A stretch of 60,442 nt of DNA, counting the filler, from Sphacelaria rigidula (Eukaryota): NCBI GenBank assembly GCA_964200075.2. It is 8 parts of 8 records of this genome, joined end to end, with 100 filler letters (N's around TTAATTAATTAA, not from the genome) between each part and the next. Parts side by side here need not be neighbours in the genome. Positions count along the whole stretch, not along the records: positions 45,409 to 52,875 come from CAXNAA020014797.1; positions 52,976 to 60,442 come from CAXNAA020014798.1; 6 more parts are not named here. One strand, given 5' to 3'. A program made the translations under genes and the position numbers. The notes beneath the pieces were generated by a model that searched no databases, was not told the origin of the DNA, and saw only the letters and a list, made by a program, of their open reading frames with translations. Positions 49,801 through 60,442 of this stretch are shown here, piece after piece (the first letter of the stretch is position 1; each line of letters opens with the position of its first letter).

Positions 49801-52243
49801 CCCTTCCACTCTGCCCGGTTAATCGCGCATGCAGACCGAGAGAACCTTCAGCGACTACCTGGCCTACTTGCCACCGCTGGAGATTGCCGCTCACCAGACC
49901 GCACTCTTGACACTTCTGGGTGACGTAAATTACACAAAGTGAGTCATTTTCGCGTATAATGATGGAAAGTGTTTCTGTGCATGTTTTTTGGTGGTGTGTA
50001 GAAAATTATGTGCAGTTTCCATTCTTGAGCATAGATATATATCTGCCACCAGAGACATGCTTACCGCAATGATGAGATACAATCAGTCGGTAGTCGGTTT
50101 ATAGAGACTGTGGAGCTTCCGGTTTTCCTCCACACTGGCGGAGGCCCTTAGCCCACTTGATGGCTCAGGTGAAGCATTTAGTCCTTGTGCATGACAAGCA
50201 ACACCATTGATCGACGGCTCCATCCTGCAACAGCATCGTCGGCTGAACACTTCGAAGGGATTTCTTAGTGTTGTGGTGTGTGTGCATACGATGTACTCAT
50301 GATCATGCATGCCATAGTCATATGAACATTGACCTCGCATCCCTACAAAACCGGGACGGAGCACGCAGGGTTTTCGCTGGACCAGGCTCGGAACCAATCA
50401 CCAAGCGCGAAGCGCCGTGGTGTGTCCGGCCAGTCGCATGAAGGGTGAGCTACACCTTGCTAAAATTATTCGCCAGAAGCGTACTGATTATCTTGCATCT
50501 GGATGATAGCCTCCAATGAGTCTCTTCAGTTGTTGGTATTGCCACTTCCAGAGGCGGAAGGAGACGGAGGGGGGAGGGGGGAGGGAGGTGTTCGGATTCA
50601 AAGATCGCTAGGAAAATATATTACATACCGCGAGGTGCACAAACATGAACAGCAAGGCCTACAGACCGTAGCGTTCTCAGGTTGTGGGAGCATGGTAGGC
50701 GCCCCCACAGCACTCCAACCTGACCAACCGACCATTGAAGAAGCGCCAGCGTCAGTCGAGGGGACCGGTGGCTTGTGAAAATTGGATTATTTGGTGCTGT
50801 CTCCGTTTTTTATAATGCTCTTGTAGAAAGGGTGCATTTTGGGTGGGGCCTAGAGCACTTCAAAATTTCAGCCTACGTTAGGCCCATTCCTCTTCTGAGC
50901 ATAGCCGAGGAGAGATCTCTGCCACTACATTCGTATGTTCTGTTTCCAACCCCTGCAGCAAGCAGGGCACTTATGCACGGCACGATACCACCACCATGTT
51001 TTGTAAACGTACCTTTTGCTCCATTAGTATCGTTCAACGAGTGTCCACCATGTATGAGGTGCTGGGGCGGGGAAGATTCCTTTCGAACGATGTAGGAGCT
51101 TGCCTGCCTAGCTATTCTTTGTTTTGGGTTCAATTGAACCGTATTTTTCTTCAGGGCCTAGATTCTGTGTGGCAGCAATCAATTTTCAGAACAGCTGTTC
51201 AGTAAATCAATACGGTCCAATACACCGCGGAAACGTTGACACCAGGCTTGTGAGGTATTGCAAGTCGTATTCAGAATAAATAAAGAGGATGATGACCCAG
51301 ATAATTAAAATCTTCGTATCTACACCAATTTTCGAAATATGGATGCATTCTTTCGCCTCCTGGTCTCCTGGTAGCTGTTGATAACCACTGCGCGCCCTAA
51401 AAAGACGGATTCCGATAATCGACGTGTTAGGGTCCTGGCTGAAGAAAATATTTGTGGGGAATTTAGGTGATCAATACAGACTGCCCGATTTCCTCAGGGT
51501 CGTTTCTCCACCTAGGGCCCCAACATTTCAGTTATCGAAATCCAAATTTTTAGGAATTTTTGTTGTCGTCAATAGCTATGAAGAGGTGAAGGAATGCAAC
51601 CATATTTCGAAGATTTGGTGTGGATACGAAGATTTTCATTTTCCGGGTCATCATCAATGAAAAGTTCCGTCCTCAATATATGATGATCAGCTGTGTCAAT
51701 CCTATCAGATATGTAGTACGACGTTTTCCCTGCGATATCAACGTTCTCAATTCAGTAGGCACTTAACGACAGAGCTGATCAGTGATTCGTTCGACACCAC
51801 TATAGGGGGAGATGGAAACAACATTCACTGTGTACAGTGGAGGGCGCTGCCACTCTACTGACTGGGTTTGTGCCGTTGTACTTAGCCACCTCTGATTCCC
51901 GACTCCAAATGCTTTGTCCATAGCCCTCGAGGAAGGTTTCAGCCCCAAGCATCACTCCACCTGACACTCAAACTCAAAGGACCTTTCGAAATCAGTGCAT
52001 TCCACGTGAAGATAAAGATGAAGATGAAGTAGCGTCACGAAATACACGTCCTACGGCCAACAAATGATGATGCATTTGTATCAACTCTGTTGATGCGGTG
52101 TATGTTCTTCATTTTACGCTGCTTTTCGCCTTTGCTAGGTTGGGGCAGTATGAACCGCGGCAGTTCCTCGACGGACGTGTGAAGCTACCCCTGCGCAAGT
52201 TCCAGCGGGCGATCCAGAATATTGAAGCGGAGTTGGAGGAGCA
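46805..52243 (+). CDS. LOX: Lipoxygenase, partial (C-terminal half of the catalytic domain); exons 46805-46909, 47648-47695, 47989-48078, 48847-48908, 49605-49668, 49835-49938, 52139-52243
   Basis: All introns are GT-AG and phase-compatible. Spliced: ARGVTKEEFPGYYPFRECSTKYWEATYTWVKDYLD-IYYKSEADIEGDYELK-AFVDEMVEIAQFQWLSEFYHTNNKRELIAK-VLASLIHTASTQHAAVNGPQR-TQMSYVPSAPGSVYAKPPTDK-TERTFSDYLAYLPPLEIAAHQTALLTLLGDVNYTK-LGQYEPRQFLDGRVKLPLRKFQRAIQNIEAELEE. It carries the LOX hallmarks RGV, YY.S...I..D.EL, TAS.QHAAVN and LG.Y. Confidence 0.95.
51285..51694. mobile_element. Fold-back MITE, copy 4, in a LOX intron
   Basis: Collinear with 11851-12302; left TIR eroded. Confidence 0.85.
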
Positions 52244-53649
52244 GTGAGTCAGCCACAAGTAGTTATGCGTACTTCAATGTTTCGAATACCCTCTAACCTA
52301 TTCAGATTTCACAATATTAACAGCTTGAAAAAACGCTGAAGGTAAGGCCGTGGTTTCAACTCCGTGGGGGTTCGACCGATAGCCAGACTCGGCGGAGACG
52401 TTTACACTTTATTTATCAAAATAGTGTGATTATTCAAGTGCGATGCAGGGCAATAGTGAAGCTGCTCCTTAGAGTGATTACTATGCCATGATGCTCCACG
52501 CGTTACTGCTGGCGCTTCGCGTTGCCTGACGGTAAAGACTCGTAGATGTGGGTTCTTTGCTGCTATCAACAGCTGTAGAACATGTTTTTTTCTGTATGGA
52601 GGGGACGAATTGGTTCCCTAGTTAGAGGTCATCATACGTCTTCGCATAGACACATCTACAGAAACCCCCTCCCAGGCATTTTTACTCCCTTCCCTCAACA
52701 CCCATCAGCAACACTGGCATCAGCTTAGCAACTCCCGAGAGATTGTACCGCCGTCATTTTACGATGGCGGGGGGGGGGGGGGGGGGGGGGGCGTCCCTTT
52801 CTGTCTCTCACTTCCTCCATTTGCCCAATCCCACCCCCCCCCTTCCATGCCGACGCCGCGCGCCGGGGGGGGCGGNNNNNNNNNNNNNNNNNNNNNNNNN
52901 NNNNNNNNNNNNNNNNNNNTTAATTAATTAANNNNNNNNNNNNNNNNNNNNNNNNNNNNNNNNNNNNNNNNNNNNGTGTTCAGGTCGGGAGCCCGGCTGG
53001 CGGGGGAGGTGTGGGTAAACTCAATGATGAATAACACCCCCTAAGTTCAAATTGGATCTATCTGTTATTGCCGCAGCACCGTCCTTGCTGGCATATGTGT
53101 GACAGAGAACAGTAGTAGCGGTGACGGGAACATCGCCCATTTTTTCAAGGTGTTTTCAGCGCACAGAGGCACGTCCTGTCCAAAAGGAGAGGCAGAGAGA
53201 AATCGATGTTCGCGTTGGCGACAGGCAAGAAGAGACCACGGAATTTCTCCGCACGTCGATGCTCTGGCATATGGAAAATTTGGCACATGCTGATAAGATC
53301 AAGGATGCCAGTCTCTCGAGAGTTTGGTAATCGCCGAGCGGGGATACACAAAGGGCATGAGCGAGGAGCTTTCTTTCTGTCGTTGCTTCTCTCTCTGGCG
53401 ATACCGTCATCGACACGCGTGTACACCGCACTTCGTTGGGTGCACCTAGCTAGAGTTGCTTAAGCCTCGGACCGTGGTGCCCGTAGTCCATCTGGACCAC
53501 GCGTACTTTTTCAAGTGAATATTGATACCGATTCAGTAGGTGACCTACTCTCGCGGTCTAGCGGTTAACTCCTGCTGCGGAGGTTTGGGAAGGAAAATAC
53601 TTTCGCTCTGTGTTACTATTTCGTATCTTCCCTGCAATGGAGAAATGAG

Positions 53650-54700
53650 ACCTCAACCTCATTTTTTGTTTCAACCCCAAAATATAAAATTGGCTGTTTA
53701 GTGCCTCTGTTCGTAATATATTGATTTTAGTATAGAAAATTTTGTGCACCATATCTCGGATTAGATTACGAATTAGGTGAAGGTGAGGGTATCTATCGTC
53801 TCCCCGTGCTCCAGGGAAGGTCGACACCAAAAATCGTCAACATCCGCTGAATGTATTGTACGAGTTTTCATACTTCCTCCGTCCCATAAGTAAAGTCCGT
53901 TATGGGCTTTTAATCGTTTGTACATTCAAACTCTTCCGATCATCCCATAGTTGGGTGTTCAGGANNNNNNNNNNAGCGTCAACGAAGCTGATGCAAAAGA
54001 TAATAAATAAATATGAAGTTAGTGGTCCATGCTAAAATGACGTCAAAATACGCCCATTTTGGCCCACTTTTGGTCCACTTACACCCCACTGTTGGCCAAT
54101 TTTGGGCGTTTTAACGTGAAACACGAGCGATTACATGCTGAAAGTATGTTTGATGGGGCGTGTGTAGGTTCATGCCACGGGGATATCTAACCTCACTGTT
54201 TTTTTTTGCGATTTTCACGTTTTTTTCACGGTTTTTCGCGATTTTTCGTGTTCCCGGATCCCCTATGCTTACTGGGGAAAAGAGCGAAAAATCGACGTTT
54301 TTTGGCTGACCTACTTTTGCTCGATCGTGAGACTGCACGCGTTGAGCACCCACATTTTGTGGAAAGAGTGTTGTGTTTAGTTAAAAAAAACGCCAACGAA
54401 TGCGATAAAAGAATGGAAAATCAAATCGGACACCGTTGAGGGCTCGTATAAACATAACGGACTTCACTTATGGGACAGAGGTAGTATAGATTTTAGTGTG
54501 GACGCTAACTCCGTACGGTATAGGAATCACTATACAAGGGGTGTGATCAACGAGAAAATATTGGCCAAAGGTTTTGAGCTGATTAACACCTTCCTCATGA
54601 TTAAACGATTGATACGATATGTGGATCACGGTCCAACTCGTCTGTGTCGATGAGATATTGCTTTGAGAGCTTAAATCCGTTTTTAGGCTGGCCCAGCTCG
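53650..54700 (-). mobile_element. CGAGCTGGGCC-family element (inverted), host of the Stowaway-like MITE
   Basis: Ends GGCTGGCCCAGCTCG|TA; matches the reverse complement of ~21660-22060 once 53873-54486 is removed. Confidence 0.85.
53873..54484. mobile_element. Stowaway-like (Tc1/mariner) MITE with TA TSD
   Basis: TA|CTTCCTCCGTCCCATAAGTAAAGTCCGTTATG ... CATAACGGACTTCACTTATGGGACAGAGGTAG|TA. Confidence 0.9.
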
Positions 54701-55200
54701 TACTCGAACGCCTTAACACAGCGAAACAGATACAAAACATCAACCTGACCCGCTGAGTTTTGTTGATTATACCCTAGACAATATTTTCGTGATATTGAGA
54801 GGAGAGGGTACAGTTGAGAGTGAAAAGCGGTTGATTAGTGAATGAATCGTTTCAGTTACAATGCCCCTCCACCAGGCCCAATATGTTTTCTGTACTAGCT
54901 TGCCGCTGAGACCCTTGTTATCCTCAAGTGGGATATCGACGTGAAGCTGAAAGCACACGCCAGTGATGGAGGCAAAGAAAAGCATACAAGGAATGAAAAA
55001 TTGGCTAAGTAAAAGCGAATAATCAAAGCCACTCTCAATCAGCGCTGTACTCTCAATCTCACGAAAACGGTGTTCCTAGCGAGGGCCCACACGAAATTTT
55101 AATACACAAAACCAAACGTGGGCCGGGGAATGGCCTGAGAAATACTGTTCCGAATTTCTACCGACCCGATTTTCAAAAAGCGAGATTGTCGGGAAATATT

Positions 55201-55413
55201 TAGAGTTGGAGCGTAAAAATTGGTATGGGCAATGCATAGGGCATGAAAAGAATATCACGAGTGTACCATTTGGTTTTTTTCCAAGAGTAAAGGGCAATAA
55301 TCAGTTTACAGGTATCAGTAAAATGCCACTAACTCATGAAAAAAAAAGGATACACTCGTAATTATTTTTATTCCCTTTTCATTGTCCATACCAATTTTTA
55401 CGCTCCAACCCTA
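55201..55413. mobile_element. Hairpin MITE with TAG termini, nested in a CGAGCTGGGCC-family fragment
   Basis: AATATT|TAGAGTTGGAGCGTAAAAATTGGTATGG ... CCATACCAATTTTTACGCTCCAACCCTA|AATATT. Confidence 0.85.
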
Positions 55414-56008
55414 AATATTGCCCGACGCACTCGCCTGCAAACTTCCAGTCCGCCTCTAGGCTGGCCCAGCTCTTGCACTCTGTTGAACACCTTCATGTTG
55501 TGTTGGATGTTTCGTCTAGCTCCAAACGAACAAGGCGCTTCCCAGAGTTATTTTTATCTATGCCACAGTTGTCGCTGTGCTGATGTGCATCTGAACACTC
55601 TACGACGATCACGGTTTGATGTGCGCTGGAAAGTGCCTGAACAGTTGTACTGCTGCATGCCGTGTTTTGGCCTGCACAAAGTTGGGGTGGGATCAAAGTG
55701 CTGTCCAAACAATAAAGGTTTGAACAATCGTCACGTGACGGCTGTGCAGCTGTCTGTTGCGTCTTCTCTGCTACTTCAGTTATGGTCGGGTGCTGTGATC
55801 GAGGGAGACATCCAAGGCGGGTGCGTGTGGGGCAAAGAAACTGAACCAGCACGAAGCTGCTGTGTCGTCGGTGGTTTTGCTAGGATTTTGCTTGTTGTGC
55901 GCGCATACAATTTCGTATAAAAAGGAAATTTGCGCATAAGGCTACTTCTTATGTATAAAAAACCTCTATCTGTCCACGCGTTCTCTGATAAATGACCAAA
56001 ACCCCACT

Positions 56009-56200
56009 TTTGTTTTTCCTCACACTTTGAACCCCTGCCGTTTCTCGGGATGAGTCCGTGGTCTCGAGGAATCAACCCATCTCTCCCCTGGTACGTGCCT
56101 TTCATTTTCGCCTCGCGGATTGGGTCAGCACTCCCGCACCGCGTCAACTCACGTCACACAAACCCAGTCGACCACTTCGTTTACTCACGTTCTCACGCTT
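56009..56200 (-). mobile_element. SINE family A, copy 4 (head missing)
   Basis: CTCGCGGATTGGGTCAGCACTCCCGCACCGCGTCAAC shared with copy 1. Confidence 0.85.
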
Positions 56201-56589
56201 CCCACGTATTATGTGATCAGAAAACGCGTTTTCTGATGGAATGTTTCCTGATAGCATTTTCCGATAGCCCAAAGTCATCAGAAATCAGGATTTTCCGATT
56301 ACCTCGGGCTATCATAGCTATCATATTACCTCGGGCTTTCGAAAAATGTTATCGAAAAAGCGATTGAACCTCGTTTGAACACATTTGAACACACATCACA
56401 GCCCACGACAGCACTTGTGATGGTTTGGCTGCGATCACTACTACTGCTGTCGCTGGTGCTCGCGGACATTCAGCGTATTGCATCATTGTACTTCGCTCGC
56501 CAGTAGCGTGGTGGCCCTCTATCCCTTGAGAACAGCAGAGGGCAGGGTCGATGACGACTGCTATACGGACAGGACAGTCTATGCTATGC

Positions 56590-56618
<29 letters not shown>
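56590..56618. repeat. (TA)n microsatellite
   Basis: Read directly from the sequence. Confidence 0.95.
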
Positions 56619-56623
<5 letters not shown>

Positions 56624-56989
56624 CCATACAATATTGTAGCTCAGTTCATGTCTGTGCACGCAGCGTGTGCGAACAGCCGTCGCAATGCTTTACAGACTGC
56701 CCACGCACCCAAGCCTTGTAGAGACAGAACCGGACTGGCAGTACACACAAGACAATGAGATAGGTAGTGCTACTACTGTGGTACATCCAACGCATACAAC
56801 ACAACAGTGGTGTCTGTAATGTTGTCTGTGCTGCCCGTACAACCGTGTACTACGAGCTGGGCCAGCCCAAAAACGGATTTGAGGTCTAAAAGCAATATCT
56901 CATCGACACAGACGAGTTGGGCCGTGATCCGCATATTCTATTAATCGTCTCATCAACGAGGAGGTGCCCATCTGCTCGAAAGTTTGGGC

Positions 56990-57245
56990 TGTGACAAAAT
57001 CATGCCGTCACGTTGAGCATATCGCGATGATTGGATGATGACTTGGGGTCTGTAGTGATGTAATGGATGATGACATGGACACAGGGGTGATGCCCTGATG
57101 TGGTTTATGGAGCATGTGCCTGTGTGGCACTTTAGGATAATAAAAGGCGTTGTGAAGGCTAAAAACTGAAACCTGAGGCCAGTGGAACTGGGTAGTCCCT
57201 CAACAGCATTAGACGCTGCAGTACTAGCAACATGCTGGCGTCACA
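56990..57245 (+). repeat. 5' LTR (256 bp) of the Gypsy element
   Basis: TGTGAC...GTCACA inverted termini; AATAAA at ~57139; starts exactly where similarity to the CGAGCTGGGCC family stops. The second LTR is not in the window. Confidence 0.7.
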
Positions 57246-58470
57246 ATATCGATATTAGTGCTAGTCGTGCTAGTTGTGCTATCGTTAGTGACTGCTGGAA
57301 AATGTGCAGTAGAGAGGAGTCTGGCTGGACAGCTTCGGACAGATTGCTTCACGGGCGCGTGAGGAGGTTTCAAGCTGAGGTAGCTGCAAAGGCGGCTAGC
57401 CCGTGATTGATCCAGACTGGAGACTTGCTGCAGCTGCGTGCAGCGGGAGTTTAAAGGACCCCACGGCTGTGCGGTGCGGCGACGAAGGCAGGTGTGAACT
57501 GTGGAGTTCGAGAAGGTTCAGAAGCCTTCGATTAGGTCCGCTCGGAAATGTCGACTACAGAGGTACCGGCCGAAGGCCAACGGAGACGACCGTAACCCCA
57601 GTTGTTCTGAGAGGAGAGCTGCGGCCTCCCAGTTACGGGAACTTGTATTCTGAGTGTGTTTCTTGTTCGTTTTATACGAAATATGTGGAGTACAAGAAGC
57701 GGGTGGAGCAAGCGAATGCGGGGGGTGCGGTAAGGCATCAGGGGGTTTCCATGACGCAACTCGTGCCTACCCCCCTCCAAGGCGTTTTTGCGAGAAGATT
57801 CTATGAGAGGAACCCAATAACGCCGCTGCAATTGGCCGTAGCGATCAAGAAGCATATGCGGCAGGCGCTGAGGTAGAGCTAACACAGGCGTCCGCGGCCG
57901 TGGCGAAGGCTGTCGCCATGAACCACAAAGGGAAGATCATGCGTGAGAGGGTGGAGCCAGTCATGGGAAAGTTGGAGACATATTTTTCGAAAAATCCCAA
58001 CGTCGAGATGGTTCATTGTTTCTCCGATGGGAAATTCCGTCCAGGGCCCGCTGTGGTGATCACGAAAGCGATGGTGGAGGGTCTGGCCCCGGCGGATTCA
58101 AACAGGCCGTGCTTGTGAAATTACAGCGCGGAACCAATTGGAAGTCAGACCCGTACTTAGTTATGGATACCGTAGTGGTTGAGGCTCAGGCATGGCGGAA
58201 GGTTGAAGTATTCGGGAAATCATCCACTTCGTCGTCGCAGTCTTCGAGCTCGCGTAACTGCTGATCAAAATCCGCAGGCAGTTCCGCCGCCAATATCACT
58301 TGCTTTCAGTGTGGCCAGGTACGCCACTACGCCCGGAAGTGCCCAACGCCTTCCGAGGGGGAGTCTGGGCAGACGAGTGCCGCGCGCCCTCGCAATCACA
58401 AAGAAGGATAAGGTAATCAGGGTGGTGGCGGAGGCGGATCCTCCAGCGGTGGAGATGTGCAGTCGAGTTC

Positions 58471-58502
<32 letters not shown>
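58471..58502 (+). repeat. (CAG)n tract between the gag knuckle and the protease
   Basis: Read directly; encodes polyQ in the protease frame. Confidence 0.9.
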
Positions 58503-58505
<3 letters not shown>

Positions 58506-60442
58506 GTCAGCAGGGGTCCGGCTCAGGATCCGGCTCAGCCGCAGGGGCTGCTGCTCCGCAACGGGCGGTGCAGGTGGGATCGACCACTCTAGCACAGCAA
58601 GGTGAGACGCCTACTGCTGAGCCGGCCGGATTTCAGCTGAAATTTGGATCCGCTGCTGCGTCGGCCGGAGTACCGCTGAAATTCGGTTCTGCGGGCGGGG
58701 CTTCGTACCCGCCGGCGGTGCCGGTAATCCCAGCGGGGTCGTCTCTGCCTGCGCCGCACGCGCAGCCGTGGCGCCAAGTGGGGATCACGACAAATCAGTC
58801 GGCGGAGCAGGTGCCCGTCGAGGATCAAGAAAAATATATTCCTGCAGAGTTATATCTCCCAAATCAACGGGCGCGGGGAGCCATATCGGTCAACGCTGTG
58901 TTGGATTCAGGCGCACATTTCACGAGCGTGTCGGTGCTGATTGTGGAGATGCTGGAGCGTCTACTCCCTGGTGAGCAAATCCGCATTCCGTTCTCGCTCG
59001 GGACGCGGCAGGCCATCACCGCATCAGGGCAACGTATAAATGTCACGAAGCGTACGATTTCCCTACAGTTGGCGTTCAGCACTGCCTGGGGGCCAGTGAA
59101 ATTACCCCCGATATCGTTTGCGATCATGTCGAGAACGGATGGTGTCGTTCTGTTGAGCTTACCGACGCTTCGGGGACTCGGAGACGATCTGTATGATCGA
59201 CTGTTAGAGTCCCTGAAAGCGCAAATGCCGTCGACCGGTTCGAGCGTCAAGACGCCTGCTTTTATGGCCAGTCGCAGAGTGAGCTTGTCGGTTGATGCTC
59301 TCCAGGAGGCGGGGGGGGCAGGTGTCCGAGGAGCGCGATGAGGCGGTAGAACGCTTAGTGGAGCGTGGCCCCGATATGTCTATGGAGCCGGCAGAAGAGG
59401 AGTCCGCGCGAATGGCTGCGCTGGAGGAAAGCGTGATCGATGCTGTGGCAAATGGCCTCAACGTCTCAAAAGTAGAGTGCTTGCGTGGTATATTGTGTCG
59501 CCACGTTAACGCGTTTCGCCGTGCGCTGATGGGTGATCCCCCTGCACGCGTGGAACCCATGAGGGTTACACTGAAGCCAGGGGCGGCCGCGGTGAGGGCA
59601 AAAGCGAAGAGGTATGATCCGGTAAAGTCCAGTTGGTTAGCTTCTTGCATGGGAGCTCTTGTGGCGTTTGGGTTAGTGTTCAGGAATCTACAGGCGGTGT
59701 GGTCCAGTCCAGCTAAGGCGGTACCGAAGAAGGACTCTTACGGTGTTGTCAGCAATTACGGAGCCGTCAATGATCAGGTGGAGAGGTCGCCGGGTGTCAT
59801 GCCCAACCAGGAATCCGACATGTTGGGGGCTGCAAGGCGCACGAAGAGGGTGGCCAAGAACCGCGTTATTCCGCGCCCGCATCGTGGACGGAGGACAGGA
59901 AGGAGGCATGGGCGGAAGCGAAGGGTCTGGTGGCTCATGTCTTGACGCTGTTCCGTCCCCGCCCCGGTTGCCAGGTGCTGATCTTTCCGGATGCACCGAG
60001 TGTCATTGGGGTAGTTTTGTATCGCAGGTGCCTGATGCAGAAATGCAACAACGGTTGCCGGTTGAAGACATAACGCATGAACCGCTGGCTTCTCCTAGTG
60101 GCAATTTCAATAATGTGTTGGGCAACCATTGACAAGGATGGTTTTGCTATCGTGAGCACTTTTCGTCGTCTCGAGCATCTATCGCGGAATGGCGTGCTCA
60201 TTTTCACGGATCACCGAAATCTAGCGTACATTTTCAACCCGGAGGCATGCGTGACGTCCGTGTCGAAGGCGTTGGCACAGCGATTGGAGGGCTGGAAAGG
60301 TGTATTAGGTCAGTATCGGTACGCGATTTGACACTTTCTACGATAGCCCCCCCCGAAAAAAGTGCATGGTTCCGGGAGGCAAAATCTTCACGTAAATCGA
60401 AAGGGGAAAAGCCGAGCACAACGAGAAGCTGGGAACTCCCAC

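Larger units (their letters stand above)
56990..60340 (+). mobile_element. Decayed Ty3/Gypsy LTR retrotransposon (gag, protease, RT start, RNase H; RT core deleted)
   Basis: Zinc knuckle CFQCGQVRHYARKC (~58301-58342), protease VLDSGAHFT (~58898), RT N-terminus EPMRVTLKPGA..WSSPAKAVPKKD, RNase H WATIDKDGFAIV..IFTDHRNLAYIF..RLEGW; PR-RT-RH order; many frameshifts. Confidence 0.95.

Noticed and set aside
52300..52760. Final LOX exon
   Set aside because: Candidate acceptors give early stops or peptides lacking the Y..L.P..I..SI.I terminus
1..60442. Endogenous giant-virus segment or a functional cluster linking LOX, WD40, STPG and C2 genes
   Set aside because: No intronless gene-dense block or viral hallmark seen; the genes lie on separate, artificially joined contigs

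Overview
Eukaryotic nuclear DNA, most likely from a brown alga (Phaeophyceae; inferred from the intron-rich GT-AG genes and the repeat types, not proven). The window is not one locus. It is eight unrelated contigs of 7467-7468 bp joined by an artificial N44-TTAATTAATTAA-N44 linker. Genes that can be read: (1) seven consecutive in-phase exons of a lipoxygenase C-terminal half (46805-52243, +), with an unusual HAAVNGPQ iron-ligand motif; (2) two large exons of a low-complexity WD40-like protein (31196-35106, -); (3) two exons of a PGPGxY (STPG/ODF3-SHIPPO) repeat protein (4266-6201, -); (4) exons of a protein starting MGAAAS, a putative N-myristoylation signal (40557-43565, -); (5) a C2-domain-like exon with a frameshift (14025-14259, -). 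The rest is dominated by mobile DNA: a decayed Ty3/Gypsy element with its 5' LTR, a very decayed probable Copia relic, two related LINE families ending in poly(C), two tRNA-derived SINE families, and many MITE families (Tc1/mariner-like, Stowaway-like, piggyBac-like, Sola2-like, CAC-ended, fold-back), several nested in one another. I found no CRISPR array, rRNA, intact tRNA or convincing new multi-gene system. The best leads are the divergent lipoxygenase, the poly(C)-tailed LINEs and the GAGCTA-repeat transposon.
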